Shown: positions 53,401-61,989 of the stretch, piece after piece | Position numbering within the stretch: the stretch's first letter is position 1 | Layout of the letters: the number at the start of each line of letters is the position of its first letter | Source of the DNA: Stylophora pistillata | Lineage: Eukaryota | NCBI RefSeq assembly: GCF_002571385.2 | Contig: NW_019217962.1 | Span: 126,904 to 188,892, forward strand | Direction: 5' to 3' | Length of the DNA: 61,989 bases | The notes under the pieces: generated by a model | The model's input: only the letters and a program-made list of their open reading frames with translations | What the model was told of the DNA's origin: nothing | Databases searched by the model: none | Position numbers and translations under genes: made by a program

Positions 53401-56400
53401 CCCCTAACGCAGTCAGAAAATTATTTCGAATCAAACCAAATCTAATTTAGTTCTTTCCTAAGTGAAGTCTTTCTGTTGACAGAGTTTCAGGCAAAATTAT
53501 TTTTGACGCGAAATTGACCGGGTGGAAATAAGAGAGACAGCCTCTTAAGAAGTTGACGTTTCGAGCGTTAGCCCTTCGTCAGAGCGAATACACGTTGTAC
53601 TTTGAATCTCATTTCCCTTTCGAACGTTCCTAACCTTTTTACTCTTTGATTATGATCGGCCGGGAATCGAAGCGAAAACATGGATCATGAAATGATGTTT
53701 AAACCCGAGAACCTTGATTTACGAGTTATAGTCGATTGTGAATATCAAAAACAGGGCCATAGAAGGCAAGATCACGAAGCTCGATGGTCAAATGATTACG
53801 CTCCTGGCACCCCCGATTATAAAGCGAAATCATGGATCATGAAATGATGTTTAAACCCTAGAACCTTGATTTGCGAGTTATAGTTTTGTGAAGTCAGTTG
53901 TGAATATAAAAAACTGGGCCATAAAAAGCAGGATCACAAAACTCGAAGGTCAAATGACTCTGCTACTGGCACCCTCTATTATGATGTGGCTCAATGAATG
54001 AGGTCAGGAAAAATCCCTGAGGGTGTAGAGAAGCAGAATCCTTGCTGAATTTCATCTGTAATTACTTATTGTTGTCTTCTTTCCTTGTTTGTTGTACTTT
54101 TTTACTAGCTTTGAAGACAGAAAAACTGATACCTCTGAACTACGATGAAACTTTTGCCTATGGATGTTTGCACGATATCCCGATACCAAATAGTACTTTG
54201 GAAACAACATTCACGCCCCAACAAGAGAGAGCTGTACTTATGGAAATATTCAACCAAACAGCTGGTCACAGTTGGAGAAATAATGCTCACTGGGCCAACA
54301 ATTCAGTTCCACACTGCCTTTGGTATGGAATTACATGCGATCAAACCAATAGCTACATTATCAGTATCACTCTGATAGAAAATAATTTGGATGGAACCCT
54401 TCCAAAAAGTTTGTGGAAGCTTCGTAATTTGCAGGGTTTGTGTATAGGTAACAATGACAGGCTTTCAGGCAATCTTATTGAAATTTTGTCTGCCAATATG
54501 ACAACCTTGCTTCGTCTTGATCTTGCTTTTAATAAGTTGTCTGGTAAGATTCCTGGTGACATCTTACCTAAAATGGAGTCTTTGGTAAAAGTTCAACTTT
54601 GCTGCCAATTGGGAAAGGGCCTGTCTGGTGAAATTCCAAGAGACATTGGGAACTTGACTGAACTGCAAGTTCTCAGTCTTGGAGAAAACAGATTGAATGG
54701 CATGATTCCAAAGAGCATTGCCAAATTGAAAAAGCTCTGGTTTTTGGATCTTGAAAGTGTCAAATTTCTAAATGGAGGATTTGAAAACATGTACAATCTT
54801 TCATCTCTACGTTATATGCATCTCTCTCTTGCTGGGCTAAAGGGAACTTTGCCAGACGAATTTGGACTTTACTTTCCTGCTATGATTGAGTGTCTCTTGC
54901 CAGGAAATCTTTTCACCGGAGGCATTCCCTCAACAATGGGCAACATGACAAACTTGTGGCATTTGAACTTGGCGAACAACGATTTTTCTGGAAAAATACC
55001 AAAAGACTTAGGCTCAATACCCATGCTTCAAGTTGCTGATTTCAGCAGGAATCAGTTATCGGGGTTACAAGAAGGAATTGTTTTCAAGTCAAAATCCCTA
55101 GAAGTACTGAATTTGGCTGGTAATAAACAACTTAATATGACATTCAACAGCCTGTTAGAAGCAATGGAACCCGTAAATCAATCGTTGCGTATTCTTAACA
55201 TAAGCGAGTGCAATTTTCTCGGAAAAATCTCCCCAAAACTGTGGGACTTTCAAAATTTAATTTCTGTAGATTTAAGTGGTAATAGCTTGTTTGGACAGCT
55301 TCCATCTCCCCCAGATAATATGTTATTTCTACTTAATCTTGACGTCTCAGCGAACAACCTTTCAGGACAAATTCCGCAAGAATTTGCAAAACTCTTAGCG
55401 CTGGAAGTGTTCGACATATCACTGAATCCCAACATGCATGAATCCAACGAGGAAAGTGGAACTGTACCCAACTTCGTGACGGTTGATTTTAAAACTTTGA
55501 CGAAACGAAATTCAGATGATAAATTCAGGTGTCCCAATGCTCGGCTCAGTTACAACAAAGGACTTGTCGTGTTAGACCCAAATTACTATTTCTACCGCCT
55601 GTGCCTTTGCGACATTGGATACTTTGGCTCAGGAAGAACTTGTTTACCTTGTATGGAAGGAGGAGTGTGTCACGATCAAATGCTTCCTACGCAGTCAATG
55701 ATCATTAAAGAGGGATATTGGCCTTCATCTCTTCATAAAAACGTGACTCACCTGGTGAGATGTTCGCAAGCTTTGGGCACCAGTCCCCACGTAAATACAA
55801 CATGCAATCCAACAGGCGCTTGTGAATGTGAGATTGATCCTGATTGGCTTAAGGAAACGAATGGTGCAATTGACAGGCCATCCATTACTTGTGACAAGTC
55901 GTGCCTTTGTCAGAAAGGTAGTCGAGATAGGTTTTGCTCCCTTTGTGAACATGATTATTACAAACAAGGAATACTTTGTTACGCCTGTCGCAAAAGTGAA
56001 GCCAGTGTCTACATCATAGTCGTACTTTTAATTCTTACCATCCTGTTTATTATCCTTGGGTTTTTCTTTTACAAAAAGAAACGACTTCTTTCTGTTACTT
56101 TTGTCTTCTCTCAAATAATCATTTTGACCATTTTAGCGATGCTTCAAATCATTCCACCCTGGCTCCTCGAACTCAACATAATAGCTCTTTTTATTGGTTT
56201 AGCCGGAAGAGGAAAGACTGCAAGAGGAATTATGAAGACAACCGTGTTTTATTTCCAAACTTTTGATGCCTTATTGTCCAACAATGACGTTTGGCCAGTT
56301 GAAGTTTTGGAGATGCAGCGATACATTGGAAATGTTTTCAACTTTCGTTTCTCTGGCCTGGCTTGTGAGTTTCCGAGCTTGTTTACGCCTCTCGGCGAGC

Positions 56401-57296
56401 TTGCATCTCTTTTGATTCTTCCTCTCATTTGCATCTTGCTTGTTTGGTTGTATTTTATCCTTGGTTGCCTAGCCTTGAAAATTTTTGAACCTCACAATTC
56501 AGAAGAAAGACGATTTCGACTTCGGAATACCTGTTTACAACTCTCGATCATGACCCTTAACTTTACTTACTTTCCCATTGTGAAAAAAACAGCGTCTATC
56601 CTAGCGCATTGTGGTGAGGATAATGGCCAGCGTTATTTGAGAGAGGCACCGTGGATGGAGTGTGAAGGCAGTGACTACACCGTCCTACAGGTGCTAGGCT
56701 GGCTTGCTCTGCCGCTGTATGTGATCGGTGTGCCTTTTGGAGTGTTCCTTCCTCTCCTGCGCTTCAATAACCTAGCCAGAAGACATGGGCTGCCCCAACA
56801 AGACCAAGAAAGTTTGGACAGTTGGCTCGGTTCAATCTATTTGCCATATAAGGAAGAGTTCCGTTCCTTTTTCGAGATCATCTTTCTTCTTAGGCGGATG
56901 CTGATCGCTTTCGCGTTGTCCCTCATCACTCGTGCATCGTCCTTTCAGACGATAGCTGTTTGCTTTGTTTTGCTAAGCGCCCTGTGCTTACAGTTGTCCT
57001 TAAGGCCGTTCAACGATTCTTACAAAAATTTCCCATTGGAAAACACAGCAGAGACGTTGGTTCTCTTGACCCTTCACTTTTCTTTCATGAACGTAAGGTA
57101 CGCGTCTCTGAACCCTGACTCATCTACACCCATTGTTTGGATGATTGTAGTGGTCAACGCGGTTCTAATTTGCGGAATGGTTGTTTCGATAATTTTGTTG
57201 TTGAAAAAGGCGGAAAATGCAGATGGAGGGCATGAAGAACGTGCACCAGTCCTAGGAAACGGCGCTGGAGAACAATATGGAACTTTTGAGGAGTAA
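47439..57296 (+). CDS. LRR receptor 2: signal peptide, plant-type LRR ectodomain, Cys-rich region, ~10-TM domain; 2 exons, ~1119 aa
   Basis: Exon 1 is 47439-47610 (MALTLVSKYSLLPVVFRIVVLLVCFEHNRS...RTRRNKPDIG, phase-1 donor G|gtaagt). Exon 2 is 54109-57296, after a long polypyrimidine tract ending tttactag (phase 1). Exon 2 is clearly paralogous to receptor 1 and is certain; the exon-1 link is inferred. Confidence 0.85.
48212..49175 (-). repeat. Tandem array of near-identical 250-bp units, each carrying a tRNA-Thr(AGT)-like sequence and an oligo-T tract; ends at an N
   Basis: gatcctcgca recurs at 48221, 48471, 48721 and 48971. tRNA-like segments on the minus strand at 48280-48352, 48530-48602, 48780-48852 and 49030-49102. 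Confidence 0.92.
48280..48352 (-). pseudogene. tRNA-Thr(AGT)-like sequence (pseudo-tRNA or SINE head); three further copies at +250, +500 and +750
   Basis: GGCTTGT/ACAGGCC acceptor stem with T discriminator, D arm GCTC..GAGC, anticodon loop CTAGTAT, B box GGTTCGAGTCC. The T stem has two mismatches and the anticodon stem has an A-C pair. Followed by ga then T7. Confidence 0.7.
49600..50112 (-). mobile_element. AcademH-like transposon end with RecQ-type helicase fragment, nested in the left Sola3 TIR
   Basis: Terminus TAGTCTCCCTCGCAGCCG at 50112 (-). ORF LKAHQKLAIKKVLVEKEDVFVKLPTGSGKSLIYQALP carries RecQ-like Q motif and Walker A. Confidence 0.65.
53552..53585 (-). ncRNA. Minimal type I hammerhead ribozyme motif with intact CUGACGA/GAAAC-GUC core
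   Basis: Reverse complement reads gctCTGACGAagggctaacgctcGAAACGTCaac. Stem I is weakened relative to the 14141 copy. Confidence 0.6.
53671..53975. repeat. Two-copy tandem duplication (~150 bp) near the 3' end of the receptor-2 intron
   Basis: aagcgaaa.catggatcatgaaatgatgtttaaaccc.agaaccttgattt...ctggcaccc begins at ~53671 and again at ~53822. Confidence 0.8.
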
Positions 57297-57713
57297 TTGA
57301 ATAATACAAAACGTTAATTCAAGTTCAATACTGATCCTTAACAACTGTTTCCATAAAAACAATATTTATCTAGTTTCTGTCAAATGATAGGATGGACATT
57401 ACGTGGCCGTGTGCATGGATACGAACGCAATTTTGTCACACTTGGTTGACTTAGCAATATTGTTGTTAAAGCATGTTAAAGACGTAGAGCATGTTCATGA
57501 AGATATGTTTTAGGAGAGGGATAAATTCTGATATTTCATTAACATCCTAGTAACAAAATATTAAACTGTAATTTTAAACAAAAATATTAAACAAAAATTT
57601 TTGGGGGGATTACTTTCTTGAGGAGTTTAGAAACCAAGCTCAAGCTAGTCAAGTACCCTGGTAAGTCGGTGTAAGTGCATACCAGCTAGGCAGTTGAATA
57701 CAAGAATACTCAC

Positions 57714-57891
57714 CTTTACTGTCTCTGTCCTCTCCACCAAACGATTCATCTCGATGAGAAAGATGCGTTGCCCAATTAAATTTATCTGGTTCCAGAGGCT
57801 GGTATCCTTTACAATTAACATATAAATTGATGATAATGAATTCTGCCGCGATAGCCCACCTAAAACAGGACCTCAACGAGGATTTCAGTAT
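57714..57891 (-). pseudogene. Orphan copy of LRR receptor 1 exon 1 (start codon lost)
   Basis: Reads ILKSSLRSCFRWAIAAEFIIINLYVNCKGYQPLEPDKFNW...DSK with the G|gtgagt donor kept. ATG>ATA at 57889-57891. No adjacent minus-strand exon 2. Confidence 0.8.
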
Positions 57892-58109
57892 TGCGATTGT
57901 AGCTATCGATCTGTGTGTGTGTATCAGAGTGCCGGATTTCACTAAAAAATTTGTATCGGGCTCTGTTTCGGCGAAACTAAAATGAAAGTCGCGTAGCGTA
58001 CTTAGAGACGCAAAAACCTCTTGTACGGTTACCAAAAAAATACAAACAAAAAGGAAAGAATTTGTCAAAAGATATTGTTATTTCAAAGAGAAAAGTAGTC
58101 GTTTGTCGA

Positions 58110-59940
58110 ACGATGTTGTCACCTGTGATGTGGATCGCGACGTTTCGACTGCAAACTGCTTGTTTTTCTTTAGGCTATGAGGTCGAGTGAGTACGCATCA
58201 CCTTTGTGCTGTGGTGCTCAGCTGTGATTGGATGGAATCCACGACTGTGAATAATAAATCTTTCGAGTCAGGTTCCCTCTGTGGTCCGCTGCCGCACGGC
58301 TCTTCAACTCTCCCGGGCCTCTGGGATTTAAATTCAACTTTCCCTGTTAATGTCGTTTGGATGAAGTCTTACATCAATTGCCTCTTTTACCTTGTGTGTG
58401 TAGAAATGGGGATCACAATCAATAAACTTTACTTCGTTCCCGGGCGGGCGGCGTCCGGCGTTGTGGGCATGCTCTGAGACGGCGGAGGTCTGTCTTAGCG
58501 AGTCGGATATCCCTGTCGTGACCCTTGATTCTCTCTTGCCTAGGTCTGCCAGTTTCGCCAATGTAAACCTTTCCATGCTCACAGGGAATCCTGCAGACTA
58601 CGCCATCCTGTTTAGCCAACCGGGTCGATGGCATCTTTTAGGCGTACTAGATGTGATCGTAGCGTTGTATCTGACTTGAAAATAGCCCGTATGCGTTATT
58701 GATGTTGACAGCAGCGAAATTGTTCGGAGAGGCCTTTGACCTCGGGTGGATCTGAACTCGGTAGGGTTTCAGTGCCAGCGGTCGGTGTCTTAGTTTGGTT
58801 ACCCTCAGAACGAAAGAAGAAGGATAACCATTAGAAACAAGAACAGAAGACAGGTGTTCCTTCGCATTGTAGATAACGGAGGGTTTTGTGACGAGACGTT
58901 TCGCACGCTCGTAAAGGCATTTTGCGATAACGCGCTTTACCAATTGCGGATGGCGAGAATCATACGTCACGTATTGGTCGGTGTGTGTCGGCATCCTGTA
59001 AACGTCGGTGGTTAGGCGTCCGTCAGGTTCTCTTGTAACTGCGGTGTCGAGAAAGGCGAGTTTTTTTGTTTCTTTCCGTCTCCATAGCGAAGCGAATGGA
59101 GGGCTGTTGATGGTTTAAATCTTGTAGGAAGCTTTTTAAGCTGTCACTGGCCAAGAACGAGAAGGTTTCGTCTAGACAGCGTTTCTAGGTACTGGGGTTT
59201 GTAAGGTGCCGATGTTACTGCTTGTTCTTCAAAAACTCTTCATGTAGAGTTTAGCGATAACAGCGGAAACCGGGCTCCCTATAGTTGCTCCTTCTGTCCA
59301 TGCGTAAATTGATGCACTGTGCATGAGGTATATCTCAATACGAAATTTGGGAGGTCGGTGATCTGACTAGGTGCTAGTGTCGTGCGGTCAGATAGGCTGG
59401 AATCGTCTTCCAGTTTCTGCCGAGCTGCTTGTACTTGGTAAACAACGCTTCAACGTCGAAGGACACCATGACCTCGCTTTCTGAGTTGGGCACTATAAAC
59501 CTTGAAACGAAGCGGACATCTGATGGTAAGAAGATTGAATCGTCGCACCAAACTGTGCTGAGGGGTATGGTGTATCAGTCAGCGGCGTTTTCTGTTGTTG
59601 TTTTCATCAGAGGACAGGGAGCCGCAGGATGACACTCTTTAACTTTCAGGAATTCAACATGAGCATTATGTACTTGAAACGAAAAGGATATCTATCAGAG
59701 ATCGTCTACAACAAGATCAGAACACGACCAAAAAAGCCACTTAGAATCTGCGATTTAGCGAAGATTCATAAAGCGTGATGCGTGAACACCTTCGCATATG
59801 ATTTGTCCGCTTTTCTAGCTAAAATCTTATCTCCACTAACAGGTAACTCATAATTTACAAAAAAAGACGAGTAGTATGCAGTCGAAACGTCGCGATCCAC
59901 ATCCCAAGTGACCATATCGTGAGACAAACGATTGAACCTC
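58110..59940 (-). mobile_element. Decayed Penelope-like element, duplicate of 40630-42470
   Basis: GVVCRIPCEHGKVYIGETGR (GIY-YIG) and PTHTDQY..DSRHP (RT thumb). Hammerhead remnants gcagtcGAAACGTCgcgatcc in opposite orientations at ~58131-58152 and ~59877-59898. Confidence 0.82.
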
Positions 59941-60066
59941 TTTTAAGTATTATTTACCACGATGAATAACCACAACCTATTTCACGATATTATTATTCCT
60001 TTCGTCCTGCACGCAGCACAAAGAAAGCATCTGAGTCCCTTACTCAGGGCCCGCGCAGCAAAGACT

Positions 60067-60067
<1 letters not shown>

Positions 60068-60111
<44 letters not shown>

Positions 60112-60144
60112 TGTGGGTGGGTGTGTGGGTGTTTGTGTGTGTGT
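60068..60144. repeat. (GT)n microsatellite
   Basis: Pure GT run followed by GGGT variants. Confidence 0.95.
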
Positions 60145-60636
60145 AAGGAAGGGGGCGGGTAGGTGGTGTGGCTAAAGATGAACGCATAAGCTTCAGCCAA
60201 AAAGGCAGCGGGATGGGGCATACTTAACAGAACAAGTTTCTTTCAAAAACGTAAGGGGGTTCCAAAGGCCCCCCTCCCAGCCCTTCCCTCTCCGCGGTCC
60301 CTGTCACTATGAATCAAACCCCAGACCCTCAGCTTCCGAGCGTTTGATTTGTCGAAAGACATTTATTATTTCTAAATGGAAAAATTAGCAAAATAACACG
60401 TAACCCACCTTTCCTAAAATAATTAAAAGCTCTTTCGAGTGAGTGAGAAATCACGCTCGTTGATAAATTAATGACTGTTTTCACTTACTTCCCTTATGAT
60501 CTCAGAAAATTGAATTCTAACTGGGGTTCTTTTCAGTTCGTTGGTGAGTTTTAGAAACACCACGTTTTACGCTAAAAAACGGGCTTCCTTTTCACGGCTT
60601 TTTCAATTGATGGCAGTGTCCCGAGTTCGTCAACAG

Positions 60637-61390
60637 TTAGGTGTTATCATTCATATTCTCGTTAAATTTTATTTCGCAGCCATCCTCGACCATCTTTTGT
60701 AAGGCTCTTGCAACATTTCGTGCATCGTCTATCCCACAGTGCAGCCGCCCTTCAAATTTCAAACCAAGTTTCTTGACCATGTCTTTAAGAGTCCCCTCTT
60801 TCACTTTGTAAATATTTCTGTACAATTTTCTTAGATTAATCCACTTTCTGGCGTACTCGGGTATAGGAATGGAGCAGAGTTCGCACTGCTTCGAGAAGAA
60901 ACGCTTCTTATCGTCAGGGCTAGATTCGGAAAAAACGAAGAAAGGAATTGCTATAAAACCTCTGGTAGCCCCCCTTTCTCGTTAGCCCCCCCCCCCCCTT
61001 ATAATCTACGGTCTTGAATGAGCCCACTCTTTTAGTCCTTCCGTCACTCAAACCAAAAACTGTAGTGTCGTTTGTCGTTTAAGCAATCCATCGTGAGTTT
61101 GTAAGCCCAACGTCTGCAACCTCTGCATATTCATCAATCTATTTCTGCCTGGGCGAGACACCATCACGGTGTCTCTCTCAGCCCTGTAGTATATACGGGT
61201 ACCTGTCACTCTGGTTATAATTAAAGTTTTAGAAACTCAGCACAGGAAGGGGAAGAAACATGTACGAGAAGTAAACTCACCCATCAGTAACAACAGCAAA
61301 TTTATATTTCGATCCAAGTTTATGTTTTTCAAGCCATTGGTGAAAGTTGTCAAGGACTCCTCGGAATGTATCAGCAGTATCCACCATTTC
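60637..61390 (-). CDS. ERI1: ERI1-like copy 2, last two coding exons (gene continues beyond the window)
   Basis: Exons 61281-61390 (EMVDTADTFRGVLDNFHQWL...VVTDG) and 60637-60919 (PDDKKRFF...FEGRLHCGIDDARNVARALQKMVEDG...*). Lengths (110 and 283 nt) and splice sites match copy 1, and the frame is open. Confidence 0.85.
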
Positions 61391-61989
61391 CTAACCAGCA
61401 AAACAAAATAAGTAAATATTAATTAGGCATACACTACACGTAATCCAGTCATCTGAGAGGAGATAACGTAAACTACTAATCAATGCAACGGACTCTCGAT
61501 AATACATTCAAAACTGCTGTCACAAACACACAAATCTAACTGTGGCAATGAATCTATCAACCTGAAGTGATTAACATGAAACTTCTCCCTCTAACCTCCT
61601 TACATTATCCACCAAATGGATAATGAGAATACTCCATTGTCATCTTGATCTAACACCAAGTTTTTATCACTTATTTACCAGGAAATGTGTAGCAACTAGA
61701 GCGGAGAATTAACAATTAGATCTTGAGAATTAAAGCGTTAACTGAGGTAACACAGTAAAACAACTGTCTTGGTCAGAACTAAATTCTAACCTTTGATTCA
61801 TTTCCAGGACTCGATACTAACGGTAGCCAACTAGTCACAGACTAGCAGAAATTCAGTTTTGGCTTGTGGTTTTCGATTTCCACTGGCCCGTTTGGCTAGT
61901 AAACAAACTGAAATTGTCGTGACATCTTAGTTACCAGTAGCCACTTGGCTAGTGAGTTGAAAAGTCAGTTGTATACTAAAAAAGATTAA

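Larger units (their letters stand above)
48008..53544 (+). mobile_element. Decayed Sola3-type DNA transposon (TTAA TSD, GAG termini, long TIRs)
   Basis: TTAA at 48004-48007 and 53545-53548. TIR GAGGCTGTCTCTCTTATTTCCACCCGG: 48008-48114 mirrors ~53438-53544, and ~50113-50450 mirrors ~52965-53310. Interrupted transposase remnants at ~50940-52690 (SDEAGC..., SEPQSGEDICNRILCPM, GERNGRKADPDQVAVDMR, QRFFSRL). Confidence 0.75.
47954..53586 (-). mobile_element. Solo Penelope pseudo-LTR/hammerhead element split in two by the Sola3 insertion
   Basis: 13-bp TSD aatacacgttgta at 47941-47953 and 53587-53599. The halves (47954-48007 and 53545-53586) rejoin at TTAA and resemble the pseudo-LTR at 12770-12856. 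Confidence 0.8.
57668..61805 (+). repeat. Segmental duplication copy B (paralogous to ~40182-44105; probably continues past the window)
   Basis: Same order as copy A: receptor-1 exon-1 copy, Penelope relic, ERI1 exons 5 and 4, intron. Confidence 0.9.

Noticed and set aside
54042-54108. Signal peptide at the start of the 1084-aa ORF
   Set aside because: It starts at TTG and is a polypyrimidine tract ending in an AG acceptor, so the hydrophobicity is a by-product. The same applies to the first residues of the 1059-aa ORF and of ORF 9251.

Overview
Eukaryotic (animal) genomic DNA: AT-rich, with spliced genes and many transposons. The repeat families and gene content point to a stony coral such as a pocilloporid, which is an inference. 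Genes rebuilt by hand from splice sites and reading phase: (1) a 5-exon, ~310-aa protein with a signal peptide, two Ig-like domains and a probable GPI anchor (786-5250, +); (2) a 13-exon HEAT-repeat gene, HEATR4-like (7734-22201, +), with an RFX X-box upstream; (3) two paralogous 2-exon receptors (36460-40472, - and 47439-57296, +) made of a plant-type LRR ectodomain, a Cys-rich stalk and a ~10-TM membrane domain, with no kinase or TIR domain; (4) a complete 5-exon ERI1-like SAP+DEDDh exoribonuclease (43064-47345, -) and the last two exons of a second copy (60637-61390, -). The most striking arrangement is ERI1 and LRR receptor 2 sitting head-to-head with start codons only 93 bp apart, while a block carrying receptor-1 exon 1, a Penelope relic and the ERI1 3' exons is segmentally duplicated. 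Mobile DNA includes Penelope-like elements with minimal hammerhead ribozyme motifs, a Sola3-type transposon with nested insertions (a 250-bp pseudo-tRNA tandem array and an AcademH/RecQ fragment), an L2/CR1-group LINE end, a 47-bp minisatellite and several MITEs. No CRISPR array, rRNA or prokaryotic operon is present. All homology calls rest on recognised motifs, not database searches.
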